Positions 37,074 through 51,829 of a DNA stretch of 64,000 nt are shown here, in pieces. Under the pieces are notes generated by a model, which was not told where the DNA came from, ran no database searches, and saw only the letters and a program-made list of their open reading frames with translations. Origin of the DNA: Octopus vulgaris (Eukaryota); NCBI GenBank assembly GCA_951406725.2, contig OX597823.1, positions 36,022,001-36,086,000 on the forward strand, in the 5' to 3' direction. Numbering within the stretch: position 1 is the stretch's first letter; the number at the start of each line of letters is the position of its first letter. The position numbers and the translations under genes were made by a program.

Positions 37074-38547
37074 GTAAGTTGTGACTTGCTTGCAATTTTA
37101 TTGTATTTTCGGATAGAAAAATCTCTTATACTGGACTCATATCATGGCAGAAAGTGAAATAAAACTATGAGGAACGTTTAATAAATCATTTTAGGCATTC
37201 AAAGCGGGCATTTTCAATGATTTAGATAAAATAAAAATTCGTTCGAAATCCAGCATGGCGTCGCTAAGTGGAGAAGGTTTATTTGATTCTCAAATAGAAA
37301 CAACTCACACACACTTCTTTCTTTCTCTCTCTAGCATCGTTTTATATTTTTACACACACACACATTTATAAATACAGACATAGAAACTATTAAATTCATC
37401 TAAATGTCACAAAAATAGAGCCATATACGATTTTTGCTCCCACTTGATTATGTTTGCTATTAAGGAATGGGTGTAGTATATGGGAGGGAGATATTGTGCG
37501 TTGTGACGTTCATGCCTTTTTCCAAGGGCATTTGCAACGCAGAGGAATGAAAGATCTAAATATATTCAATGTAAAACCGTAATCTGGTGCCTTTGAAATG
37601 GTATTCTTTAGAGTTCGCTTCTCTAAATGATTGTATGTTCTATGTAGCATGTGTGTGCATTTGTTTCATTTGCCGGTTGAAGGGTTTATGTATAAAATAA
37701 GGCTTTATCCACCAAATATACCTTTATATCGATCCCTCTCGCGATAACATATTTTTCCTTGTCCTTCATGCCGATTTTTCTATCTGTATTCGAACACCTT
37801 AGCCATTACTATACATCAACTTTATTCCCTCTTATTAAAGAAAGCTCAATTAACAACTATCATATCTGCTTCAGTCGTGCAATTTTATTATTTAGACCTT
37901 CATTTATATTTGGCTATTACCAAAAGCCAAATATAAAATATACTAGAAACATTATATGGATTATATTTTATTTCCTCTTTTATTGAAGCTTCCAGGCCGC
38001 ATGTGTTGTGAATATCCAGGAACAAAAAAAAAAAGTCAGGAAAACTTACAACTCATCGAATTTATTTCATTAATTTCACAAAATGTGATGTTTTCACAGA
38101 CTTTTTAATGCTAGTATTAATGTTATTGTGTATAAATTATTGTTAGTTAATAAGCCATGTTAAATTGTTAAAATGAAATTACTTTTTCTGCAACTATACA
38201 CGAAGATATACATGTATATATATGTAAGTACACATGTATGGATGCATACACAATAGATGTTAAATACACTATATATAATCACCATACTACAATACACAAT
38301 GTGTGTGTATATATATATTTATATATATATATATTCCCACACACGTAGTTTTGATTAAATCTCAACATGTCACATTTGTGTCTAGTTACTGAGCCTATGA
38401 AGGCTCACTATTGAAATCGGAAAGTGAAATAATGTTCATTTTTTCTCTCAAGTGAGCACTGAATGTGTGTGTGTTCATCTTGTGTAACTGATATATAATC
38501 TTTCAACCCAGTGTTTAACATAAATCTGATAAATATATATGTGTATA

Positions 38548-38585
<38 letters not shown>

Positions 38586-41500
38586 TGATCAGTAATAATG
38601 GTGGTGGCATAATTAGCGATGGTGGAACCCATCTATCTTCACCTTTCCCTTACCGATTCCTTTATTCGCTATTTTAATGTCTGCTCCACTTTGTGCTGCT
38701 TTAATACTGGCTCAGACGATTATTTTGTGTTAATGAAGATGGATTTAGTGTGGCTCTCATTTATTTATAATAATCTTTGCTTCAGCTCGTCACCTTCAGA
38801 GTATTGATTATTAAACAGTTATTGTTTCTACTTTGTTCTAATTAATATTACTTAAAAAAAAAAAGGGGGCATTAAAATATTCTGCAGTGATTCTTATGAC
38901 AAAGTGTGTGCTAGAAAAGTTGTCGATTTATTTATTTCCCTGTATTAATTCTGGTTCCACGTCGTTCTGAAATATAAAACCATGCCTACAAATTACCTTT
39001 TAATTCACAAACAGCTAACAACCATCTAAATGTAACCACACTTATTTACATCTTTAATTAATTAGTAACAAAACGAATATATATTTCTCTCTTTGTTATA
39101 TGTTGAAATGAAGTAGAGTTTAGTAGGTACACATGATTTCACAATAAGAATTTCATGAACTGAGATAACAAAGAATAGGAGGAGGAGGCCTTTTATATTT
39201 TGTACGTCCATCAACAAGAATTTTGATGCCGAATTACTAAGCCATGTGTCCACTGGGAAACTCAATTTTGTATTGTAAAATTCAAAGAATTAGCTCAGAT
39301 TTCTCTGATAGCAATCTTTAAAGGATGTTTAATAATAGTAATTAATGCAGTCATTGATCCCTCTACAAAGTGCTGAGTCAGTCACTTGTAACCGGATTAA
39401 TTTACCTTTTAATTGTAATTATTTTCAGTGTATAGCTTCATCACTTTCTTCCACCTTGTCTTGCGAAGCTTGAATCTACTACAAATTGAGATAATTATTA
39501 ATTTGTTCTTACATGAATGTAGGTTTAATATCATTAGCAGCATAATCGTACATTTATATTTGATGGAACCTACAATGTAAATGCCCAGTTCTTAAAGGCA
39601 CATAAACGACTACAATGATGTAGTAATATAATTTATCCACTGGCTATTTACCTTACCTATATAGTTTTGCTTTATCTACATTAATGAACATCATTTTCTA
39701 TTTCACACTAAATTCTACTGTAGAGAAAGAAGAGGGGTATATTTATTTTCCCCTTCAGTTTGAATTTCCTAACTACCCGGTTCGTGTAGACATAACCGTG
39801 GCAAGGTCTTGCACAATGGAGGAAACTAAATAGCTACCTGCCAATATAGCCTGCAAGTTGGGGACGGGGTTTTTAGCTACAACATAGCTGGATGGCTAGG
39901 TTCACCTCCTCCCACTTTCTGCTAAAATTTTTACGTTCGGATTAAAAGTGTGGAATCTACTGAATTTTGGGTCTTCTACCTTATCCCTCCCTTCTGAGAT
40001 GGGGTCGAGTGAATGTATGAATGAATAGTGTTTTTCCTTCCAGTATATTTTTTTTATATTTTCACTTTTCAACCATTTAACGTTCAAAATGTATAAAGAA
40101 TTTTCTTTCACCTTTTCGGAAACTATGCTGACTGTTTTTAACTCGTGATTTTTTTTTTTACTACTTCAACCGAATTATCGACAATTAGGTAAATTCTATT
40201 TTTCAGTATTGTATGTGTGTGATTGCAGCATTGTTGATGTGCTGGTGATAGTCTCAATTTAAAGCGATTCTAGTGAAAAAAAAGCTGGATGTAATCTAGA
40301 AAAAAGAAAAAAAAAAGCTTAGAATTGCTTCCACAAAAACCAATATTTTTTTTTTCTTTTGTTTTAGCGATCATATTAAATGCCACTCACCAAATCTCTA
40401 AGATTGCTACTGAGACACATTTAAATGTTGGAGCTTATTGCAATTTATTTCTAAACTAAAATTCATTTATTATTATAGGATAGTTTGTAAGAAATGAAAT
40501 TGTTTTCTACTGCAATATAAATTATATTGCTTCCTGGTCAGCAAATTTAATTTTGACGGCAAGCTATCCGGTAAAAACAATTACGACTACATATCATCGC
40601 CTTTCATTTTTCTCGACTACTACTACTAGTACTGTGTGTTTATAAGTAGATTATATCCTACCCCTACTGCTGCGTGTGCGCGTACATGATACATACACAC
40701 ACACAAGCTTTGCACCATATGGTTAGGTTGAGTTGCTTTTAATAAACCCACACGGGATATCACAATCTAGCACATTATTAGGTAGAAAGGAAGAATGTCA
40801 CTAATCAATTCATATACAAACCTTAGTGTGTGTGTGTGTATATATATATATATACATATACATACATACATATACACACACTTTTTTAAAATATATATCT
40901 TTCATTAGGGTCAAGCTTGTACATAGCAATCTAATAATTAGAACGACTGTAAGATTGGCATTGTTATGTATTGAGTACTTTGTTTCTACGTGTTTAATAT
41001 TTCGTTAGTGAGTATAGTTTCCGTTGTGTTATATTTATTAACACGTTTGAATAAAATAATGGTAGGCATTATTGTATTTCATGAAATAAAAGTTTTTAAC
41101 AACATATTAAGAAATGTTTTGTATGTTATGGCATCGTAAGAACAGTTCCAACAAAACGATGTCCACTGAATAAATTACATTTCCTTTTTTGAATTAAATG
41201 GGGTTTTTTTATTTTTAAATTTCGTTGTTTCGGTTTAACGCAAATCAAAGGGAGAGCTTATCATTGTTTAATAATAATCCTAGGGAAATATTTATGCTGA
41301 TGCTTTCTCGATGTGGTTTTTGCCTTCGGTGGATGTGATTCCAACCTCAAAGACTTCTGGTTGTAGCGTCAACATTGTCAACATAACCAATGGCGAAGCT
41401 TTATCAATCTTACTAACTTATTAAACATTCACTCATTTCATATAATAATTTGTTATGGAATACTAATTAACACACTGTCTGACATATTTAATGTTACATT

Positions 41501-42237
41501 TATGGCTGTTTATTATAATTTTTGACTCGGCTAAATATGTTGCTGTTTTAATTCTTTGTGGAATTTAAAACATGGACGAAGTTGTTGCCCTCAATAACCA
41601 TTGTTCTTTGTTTAGACAGAATTTTTTTTTTTCGAATCCAACTGACTTTTTAATGTCTTCCTCTTGGTGATTTTTCTTTCTCTTTTCTATTTTTTTTTTA
41701 CTTTCTGCCTCTCGTTATGGTTAATGACCCAGAGGAAAGGGGTTTTCTTGCCTTGTACACAGATGTTAACACCCCCACTCCCGAGGGGGAGGGGTTGTTT
41801 TGTTTAATGTCCCTTATATTTTTCTCTGCATCCCCCCTTTTCCATTGCTCTTTTTCACTCTCTCTCTCTCTCTCCTTAACAAACAGGTATAAATCGTAAT
41901 TTTATACATACATCAATGTACATACACTTGCTCTGTGAACTATGTACATATGTCGCTGCTCACAATAATGAAAAGGCACCCAACCCAATTCTTATGGGAC
42001 CTCGTCTCTTACCTTAATAATGTCAATAGTTTATTGTTTATCATTCGATTTTTCTATGTTGGCGTTTTGGTTGATTTTGTACTCCCATTTCCTCATTTCA
42101 TTGTGTGTGTTATGTAATTATATATATATATTCGAATTTTTTCTTTCTGTCCATATCTGCAAATATATATTGCAGTTATATGTACATAATTAAGCTTTGA
42201 CTTTATTTCATTACTCTGTTTCCCCCACTTCACTGTG

Positions 42238-42269
<32 letters not shown>

Positions 42270-43207
42270 TAGTCAGTGTATGGGTGTGTGTTTCACTGAT
42301 ACAAATGTCCATGTACAAAACACTCTGCAGGTGCGCCACCTTTGATGGAAACTGAAAATAAAGTTTTTATTCCTTGTAATTCTTAGCACCACTCTCATAG
42401 AATGTATCGTCAGTACTAGTTAATTATCATAATGGATAGGACCCCCTCCCTTTTTTTTTCTCTCTCTCGCATTTTGTTTGCCATTTTATTGTAAAAAAAT
42501 AGTTAGAAAGATTGCTCTATAAAAGTATTAAATTTAGGTTGTTGTACAAAAATGAACTGAAATTTTTTAACTTAGATACTGTGTTCCACTTGGTAGTTGA
42601 AAACTAACCAGTAGTGATATTACATTGCATGAATGAGCCCCTAAAAGTAAACTGTGCAACGTTTTCCTTCATCTCGACAATTATTTATATTGTCAAAAAC
42701 CAAGCAAAGCACTAGGTAAATAAAATTAGTTTGTTCTGCGACGGGTATGGAGAGCTGTGTGTGATGTTGCATGAAACACTACTCTTTTAGTACAAAACTA
42801 AACTACCCACCCGGAGTGGACAAACTGCTTTAATACGGTCCTTCATTCAAGAAATCCGACTATCTGATGTTGATATTTAAAACATGTTAAATTCAACAAT
42901 AATTGTAACAATACTATCACCACCACCATTATTATTCTCTGGTGGGTAACCAAAATGTCGTCCAGTTCTACCACCTCCTCCGACAATCTTAATACAAGAT
43001 CAGCTTAACTTCAAAAATGATTAAGATTGCTGTTTTTTTTATACTTTAATCAAATCCGACAATTTTCTGTTTCTTTTGTATTGTCTCCTATTTATGAATC
43101 CTCATGTTTGAGGTGAACATTTAGAACGGAACTTGAATATTTTTACTTTTTGTTCTGCGTAAAATATATCCTTGTTTACATTCGTTTATATCACACCCGC
43201 TCTCCCA

Positions 43208-43238
<31 letters not shown>

Positions 43239-43827
43239 GTGATATTCGCCTAACCTTATTTTTTTCGTTCGATTTGGATTTCAACTAGAGTCGAACTTTG
43301 TATTTTGTTTTGTTTCCTGTAAAACATTGGAATTAGTCCTTGAGAATCGTTCTTATTTCCATAATACCGTAACCAATTAAATATTTTGTTTTGAATTCCA
43401 CACGCACGAAAGAGTAAAACAAAACAGAAAAATATGTATATTGTCACCTAACCTAAAAAAAACTGTCGCTGCAGGTACTCTTCCGGATTGTCACATTCAT
43501 TTTCTGAATCTTATTGTGTTAGTTAGATTAATGAATTACATACAAAACTATTTATCTGACTATTTCAATATTACTCCTGATTGTTTGCTTTTATAATCTG
43601 TGACTTTTTTGTATTTTTAATTGCATTCATTTTCGATAAATTAAAAGTTTTTCAGTTGAGTAGACCTATAACAAAGGCATTCTACCTATGACCACCCTAT
43701 CATTTTCTAGTATGCTGGGAGCCCAGGACTACATTATTAGTCCTTTTTATGACAGAGGGATGTGAGTTGACGGAAATTTAATTGCCATTTTTAGCAAGTC
43801 AAGCAACTTTGACTCGATCATGTAGTG

Positions 43828-44144
43828 CAGTAATTCTCAACGTGGCGCATATGCCGCATCGGTGGGGCGTGGGATCCATTTTTCTTTAACTTGGAATTGT
43901 AAAAATCTGTTTTTCACAGCAAACATACTCAGCCGAACCAAGCTAATCCCTCCAGCCAAGCATACTTCGAGACGTGTTTGCTACTGTATAGAGCTATTCG
44001 TGTAGAGCCTTCGTGTAGATATTTCTTTTAGGAAAATGTATAATTATGAAATATTAAAATTTATTTTTTTCCAACCACCGATGGGGCATACATTTTTCTG
44101 GAAAGTTATAGTGGGGCTTGGGAGAAATAGTTGGGGAAACACTG
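43828..44144. mobile_element. hAT (Charlie-like) MITE, 317 bp
   Basis: TIRs CAGTAATTCTCAAC / GTTGGGGAAACACTG. Perfect 8-bp TSD ATGTAGTG at 43820-43827 and 44145-44152. Confidence 0.9.
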
Positions 44145-46742
44145 ATGTAGTGGATGGTTTATTATTAGTATATGAATAAAGTAGCACTGTCAAAATAAGG
44201 ATATGGCAGTCGTATCTTGGTGTAATAACATTGTACACATACATTGTAGTGTTGCCTTATACGTTGATCAAACAACATTTTAATTAGAAAACTCAGTTTT
44301 GTTGTCCTGGTAGGGTCAATGACCATCCTGAAATAGAAAATTTGTTTCAATGTACAAGTTCCACATCAAGAATATTGCAAACCAAATTCAAAAACAATAC
44401 TTTTAAATGAGAAATTGTTAGCCATGTTGACAAGAATTATAAATTGCATTAAAGTTTTAATTACTTTTAAAAAAAAACCAAGTATATTCCTCCAATTTTT
44501 ATGTACTCTCCATACTGGTGAATTTCAGCTCACACACACACATTTAAAAACTATGTATTGTAAAATATTGAACTGTATTGAATTTACTTTTGTTATAATT
44601 AAAACAAACTTTAAAGTTAGACTGTCAACTTTGGTTACTGTTTGTCAGTTGCTCCTTATTTTTTGGTGTTGTGAAATGATCATTCATTTACTTGTAATGT
44701 GGCTTAAAAACCGTTTTTATTAAATTTATTTATGAAAATATATTTTAATTTCATAATGCTTATTTTAGCAACCTTTTGAAGATTTAAAGAAACATAAAAC
44801 CCTGTAAAGTATATTTATGTTTTTAGAGTTAGCTTTGACTTTTAGTTAAATTTTCTGCCCTCCACCTCTTCCAATTGACTTCCAAAAAAGTAGTTGCACT
44901 AACCTCAGTTGTTTGTACCTCAAATAACTGCAACTAACCAGACTCTCACTTAAGCATAATTGGCTTTTAAAAAGTTTACCAATATCTCTATCCAGATGGT
45001 TGGTTTCAAGATAAAACTACATTTATTTAAAATTTCTATTCACTTCATAAACAGGTTAACTATTAATATAACAAGGAAAGTAGGGAGTTCCAGTTGTCTC
45101 TAGCTCATATGTTGAGGTGGAATAGTCTTCATCATTTAACCTTCGTTTTCTATTCTGGCATGGGCAGGATGATTTGACAGGAACCAGTGTGCCAGGAGAG
45201 TGCACCAAGCTCTGTTGTCTGTTTTGGCATGGTTCCTACAGCTGGATGCCCTTCCTAACACTAACCACTTTACAGAATGTACTGGGTACTTTTTTAATTT
45301 TTTGATTTGTGGTAGTGAAGTCACTAAGTAACTTGGCAGGCCAAGACCCCTCAACTAGGAGAGTAGTATTGAGGGACTAGAAACATAGCTACTTCAGGTA
45401 GAGAGAAAGGAAGTGATAGGAATAGAGAAGGGGCCATATACCCAAGTTACAGGCAGGTGTATATAGTGAAGTGAACCAGGGGTGGAGAGGATGTGAGTTA
45501 ACAAGAATGTGAAAGAGTGAGAGCTAGAGGTGGGGAGATGTAAGGAGTCGGTACTGGTAGTGGAGGGGAGTCTTAGGAGGCTCTGTTGTGGGGAAGGGAT
45601 TGAACAGGGACATTGTATGCAGGTATGAGAGTGTAATTGGAAAGGCGGAGGATATTGTAGTGGTAAGCATGGAAGTGGGGTGCATAGACCTAGGTTTTAC
45701 TTGGTTGGATGGGTCATCTAAATCTATCAAACTTCATTGTGCACTTATGCCATTGTTGTGTAAAGATGCTGTATGGACTTTTGCTACATGTTCTCATTGT
45801 ATTAATTTAGGGATACCAAATGGCAGTGTGTGCAGTTGTTTTTGACAGTATCTGGTATCAGTTATCCAAGTTATCACAGTCATATGAAGAGTTGGAAATG
45901 GAAACAGAATGTTCTAACTTTGATAACTATTTTACAAAAATACTGGATCAAGAAAATCTTCCAACAGATTATCTTTCTTCTTAGAAGAAGTTCTGACAGC
46001 AGGAAGATCTGTTGATGGTAGGGTACTTGTAGCTGTGAAATGTGAAGGTACTAAATTGTAGTTTATTGTTCTGATGGAAGGGTATCTTCTAGTTGTATTA
46101 CACAAGATGCTGTCTCTAAAAGATTTGATAGGAATTACTTTGGTGGTATTTCCATGGTGTAGTCATTACAAGTAGTAAATATTACATTGCCCAGAAAATA
46201 GTCCTATGATAGGCTGTGTAAAGAAATTTGCTTCCCAGCCACATGATCTTGGGAACAAGTCCTAATGTACAGCACCTTGGGTAAGTGTCTCCTACTATAG
46301 CCCTGGGCCAATCAAAGCCTTGTGAATCAATTTGGTTAATGGAAACTGAAGGGAACCCATAGTAATTGTATGAGTGTTTTTATACTTGTGCCTCTTTGTC
46401 TTAACATCATGTGGTTATTGTAAATATTTATTCATTTCCAATATTTTGCAAAACATGTCTGGTTAGAGGGGAATATTATCATGCTTGGAAATAGCGTAAG
46501 GGTTGGCAACAGGAAGGGCATCCAGCTGTAGAAAGTCTTGTACAGAGAACTGGACGTGAAAATTTTTGAATATACGTTCAGTTGAAGTAAAGGTATTCAT
46601 AACATTTGTGCTTTTTAATCAACCAGAAGTTTACAAATTTAAAAATTTCTCTTGCCTTTTGTTTGAAAATACACTCAGTTCCCTTTTTATTTCATGTTTC
46701 TTTGCAGGTTTTGTATATAAGTGTTGTATATAATAAGTGTGT

Positions 46743-46862
46743 ATGATGAATACAGCCTTGAGCACTTCGCGTGCCAACAGTAGGAATAGCAAGGATAAGT
46801 CAGCTAAAACTGCAACACAGGCACATAACACAATGAAAATTGATGGCCCCCCCAAAGTACAA
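46743..46862 (+). CDS. UBAP2L: UBAP2/UBAP2L/lingerer orthologue, first coding exon (exon starts 46708)
   Basis: Acceptor tttgcag|46708, then MMNTALSTSRANSRNSKDKSAKTATQAHNTMKIDGPPKVQ and donor CAA|gtaagt (phase 0). Joins in frame to the PTQEQIRIAQMI exon, paralleling UBAP2L MMTSVG..RPQ-ATAEQIRLAQMI. Confidence 0.8.
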
Positions 46863-48029
46863 GTAAGTTTTTCTTTGTTTCATTTATAATGGGCTTTGAA
46901 AATTTCAGAAATTAAAAGAATGATATATTTTTCTGTTATATAAATATGTAGTTAAGATTTTCATTTATTTTTAATGTTTTTAAAATGATGCTTTTTTATT
47001 ATTTCACTAAAAATTTAGTTCTTAGAATGTAAATTCAGGTGTGTGTGTGTGTGTGTACAAGCACACACGTGCATTTGTGTTATTCAATAACAGTTTGATT
47101 CAGCTCTCTGCATCTTAGTTTTGTGGACTCATTAGACAAACTAAGCTTGTTAGGCTAAGGTAACCAAATGGTTTCTAGAGATTGGGCTGCTATTGATCAA
47201 GGCAGGTCATATGGTATTGTTTGCTATAGATATTGGTATGAAAGCAACATCAGTGCTTAACCCAATCTGTATTTCTACGACATCATACTTAGAAAAGATA
47301 TGGGGCCTCTCTGTCTGGGAAGTGGAGTGAGAATTGCTGGCAACACCAGTATGCCAATGTATGTGTGTGGGTTAACTAGTTCATTGATGTATGTGTACAT
47401 GTATGCCTGGGTTTGTATATTTGGAACATGTGTGTATCAAGTGCATGGGTGAGTGCATGTACGAATGTATGTACATGCCTGGTATGCATGTATGAATACA
47501 TCTGGTATGTGGAATATGCATATCAGTATTTGTGTATATATTTATGTGTGCATCTACATGAATGGGTGAGTGTATATTACATCTGGTATATGTGTATTTA
47601 CATATCTCTATTATTTGTGTGTTTACATTTGGTGTGTGTAATGATGTGGCAACAGCATTTTTGAATAATTGAATTTGTTGATTAAGATTTAGTGGTGCAA
47701 GGGAAAGCATACATACACACATATAAAGACAATTTTGGCAGTCTGTCGGTCACAATGGCAAGAGTTCCAGTTGATCCAATCAACAGAACACACACATGTA
47801 CTCTTAATATAGTTCTCAGGGAGATTCAGCATGACATAGTGTGACAATGCTGGCCCTTTGAAATACAGATACTACTTATTTTTGCCACCTGAGGGACTGG
47901 AGCAATGTGAAATAAAGTGTCTTGCTCAAGGCACCACATGTCACTGGGGATTGAACTCAGAAACTAATAATACGAGCCAAATGCCTTAACCACTAAGCCA
48001 TTCACTGGAAGATTACAGAAAATAGTCAG

Positions 48030-48640
48030 TGACCAGTGGCTTGAAGTTAGCTAGGAAAGCTTACCTCTGGTGAGAAGTTCATCTATATTTTTGATGGATA
48101 TTGCAGGATACTGGAGAATATAAAGTCTTTTGCAAAGGCTGAGCTGGCAGTTGCAGGCTGTGAGTGTGTAAGGTGGGGCCCTGATAGTAATATTCCATTA
48201 AATGTTGTGGGAGTCATTCTGGAGGTTGCGAAATCCCAGATAGAGCAGGACAAGATGGAGTTTTCCCAATCCACGCATCTGAGGGGAGTGCATATGATGT
48301 GTATGCTCTCCCTTGAAGTGACTGGCCATTACCTGTCTAGTGCTTTGTAATGCTATTGGATGGTGTGGAGGTGACTCTGTAGAAGCAGGGTCCTCTCAGA
48401 GTGTAGTCAGTAGGGTTTTGGCAGTTGGAGGTTGTGTGTGTGCTTGTCTGTTGTAGTATGCAATGTTACAAGTGATGTTGTCTAAGCAGGAGTAACTAAT
48501 TTTAACATTGTTTAGGTTGAAGAGCTTATAGTAGTTACGATCTCTAGGCAAATGCTTCTTGGCTAATGACAGGATACACCTAGCTATGTTGGTTGAAACT
48601 TACTATATTAAATGGAGGATTGTTGTCACATCTAGTGTGG
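48030..48640 (-). mobile_element. Penelope-like element relic (intronic)
   Basis: Minus strand NPPFN..VSTNIARCILSLAKKHLPRDRNYYKLFN..NVKISYSCLDNI matches the conserved PLE post-RT segment. Confidence 0.7.
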
Positions 48641-51600
48641 ACCATCTCTTTTTGGGAGCCACTACTCTCATAGGTTAGTGCTAATATGCAGCATTTGGCA
48701 AAGTTTTTATAGTTGGATGCTCTTTCCTTATTTGTCAGTTTATAGTACACAGGATGTCATTTTATGTATATATTTTATATTGTACTTATTTCAGTCATTA
48801 GACTGGGGCCACCTTGAAGAATGTTAGTCAAATGAATTGACCCTAGTATTCATCTTTGTTTTTAAGCCTGTTGACTTATTCCATTAGCTTCTTTTTCCAA
48901 ACCACTAAGTTACAGTGGCAGGGGTCAAACACACAATCACACAAGTCTTCTTTCATTTTCCATTGACCAGATCCACTCAGACTTTGATTGGCCTGAGTTT
49001 ATAGTAAAAGGCACATGCTCAAGTTACTGCGCTGTAGGACTGAACTTGGAACCATGTATTTGGGAAGCAAGTTCCTTACCACACATTCCAAGTGAAGCTG
49101 CCTTGCAATTTGCAATACTAAAGATCTTTGCAAACTGAAAAGGAGAAAGGGAAAAAGTGATGGTTTTAGGTGATGAGAGATGGTATAGTATGATAGTAGG
49201 AATATTTTCTCCTTTTCTAATTGGAATAACCATGTATCTCCTTGACAGTAAGACATTGGTTCATATCCTATCATACTCTTACCTCCCAATGTCTTGCTGT
49301 TGAGGAGATACATGGTTATTCCAATTAGAAAAAGAGAAAATATAGTGGTAATAAAGTATCGAGACACTCCCGAGGGTAGGAGAGTTTAAACGTGTGGGGA
49401 ACAGGGGCAGATAAGTTGCTAGAGAACTCAAAAGCCTCCTTGACTAAGTGGGATTGTTGTAGAGAGAGGGGGTGGCTTTATGCCAGGTGTTGAGAGGCTA
49501 AAGTATGATAAAAGGACAGATGCAGTCATCTTGCTTTTAGAGAAGAAACATGGCTAACCTGCATTATATGAGTAGTTATGGCTATATGGTTAACGAGTTC
49601 ACATCCCAACCATGTGGTTTTGAGTTCAGACTTACAGTGCAGCATCTTGAGCAAGTATCTTCCACTATAGCCTCAGGTTGACCAAAGCCTTGTGAGTGAA
49701 TTTGGTAGATGGAAACTGAAAGAAGCTTGTCATGTGTATGTGTAGGAGTTGGTATCTCCCTTGTTTTGGCATTGCTTGTTAATTGTAAACAAGTGTCACC
49801 ATCATACAAATGTTTCCAGTCTTCTGTAAAAACTTGTCTGGCCTTGGGGAATTACCATGCTTGGAATAAAAGCATGTGAGGGTTGGTGACAGGAACCACA
49901 TCAAGCTGTAGAAAATCAGCATCAACAAATTTCATCCAACACATGTCAGCATGGAAGATTGGAAGTTAATACAATGATAGTGACGTGTGTGTCCTTGACT
50001 TCACATCACATAACAGTTGTAAATGAGTGTCTTTTAAAGAGTTGTTTTTCATTTTCAATCTTCTGTGAAAATGTCCTGCCGTGCTAACTTGGTGAGGGTT
50101 GGTGCCAGGAAGGACCTCCAGCCATAGAAAATGCTTCCATGAATTCCATCTGACCTGTCCAAGCATGAAAAAGCGAATGACACACATGGAATTTACATTT
50201 TATGTATGTGAAATTATATACACACACATACACACATAAATGTCAAATGATGAAGTGAGTGCTCAGCTCTGCATTGGTGGAGATATATATATATATATAT
50301 AAGTTTGATTACTAATAGAAGCTAAGCTGTTTAGGATTATTCTGTTGAGCAGTTTTAGCCAACTAAATTTTGTATAAGATTTGTAATACAGCAATTACTG
50401 AATTCTGCTCCATAAACTCATGAGTAAAGTATCTTCTTTTTTTTTCACTATTTTAAGTGAAATCATTCAGTTTTATTGTATAATAATTAAGTGTAATTAA
50501 ACAAGCAGATTTTTTTAATTACATTACTATTATTAGTATTTCATATGTTGAACTCAGTAGATTGAAGTTGGGTGTTTATGAAAAGTCTCTGGTACCATTT
50601 TGTTAGTGTATCTGCAACATCTGCTAAAACACTTTTTAAGTATCATGTAGTGTTAATGGAGAACCAGAATATTAGATTGGGTTAGTAGCTCTGGTTCCTC
50701 TTTGTTTTTGATGGGTTCCCAAATGTAGAGGAGGAGAATTACTAGAATCACTGTTTAACCTAAAATCCCATCATACTGTTGTGTTACAAGAACATATTAA
50801 AATCCCCCACCCCATCAGTCACCATTTGTTTCATCTCAGATGGGATTGTATGCCTAAGAAGCTTATCTCCCAACCATGTGATTTCAGGTTCAGTCTCACA
50901 GCATGGCACCTTAGACAAGTGTCTTCTATAACTTTGGGCTAACTAAAGAAACTGAAAGATGCCCATTGTGTGTGTGTGGGAGCTTGTGTACCTTTGTCTT
51001 GACATCATATGATGGTTGTCAGTGAGCATCACCATCATAAAAGTGATATGGTTCATTTCCAGTTTTCATTTCCTTGTTTTGGAAACAAGTGAAAGTTGTA
51101 GACAGGAAGGGCATCCTGTCATAGGAAATCTGTCTCAACAAATTCCATTAGACCCATATCAGCATAGAAAAGTGGACATTGAAACAATCATAACAATAGT
51201 GCTCATAAAAGAAAATCCTGATTCATTTGTATAAATCCTGATACATTGTCTATGAATGTTGATTGAATGTAGATTGTTTTACAGTTCCAGTTTTTATATT
51301 TTGTGTAGTTTATTTTGCAACCATGTGATTTTATGTTGGACCCCACACCATAGAATCAAAGTTACTTATATACAATACAAAATGAAGACTTGCCGGTATA
51401 AACAAATCTATAGTGTGATCTATTTTCACCTCAGATTAACCAATTAGGAAAAGAAAAGGTTTTACACAAGATGTATATGTATTGGAGAAGAATGTAAATA
51501 TTAAGAAATGAAAATCTGGGTTTCTTCAAATTATTTGATATTTATTCTACCCTGAGTTACATACACTCTAGTTGTCAGAAATACAAGGAACCACTGATTA

Positions 51601-51829
51601 GTCTAGCACTAGTGTTCATCAATTAAATATATTCTGTGTTGTCAGAGGTACAAAGTTCTTTATTTTATTTCTTGTTTCTGGAGGGAAAATTATAACTTTA
51701 TTGCTGTCATTTGGATTCGTAAATTGAAAGATTGGTATTAGATTTAGATTAAAACAAATCTGATCAATAAAAAAGTAAAACGAGTTTAAAGAAAATTTAT
51801 AATCTGGGAATATTGTATTAGTTTTTTTT

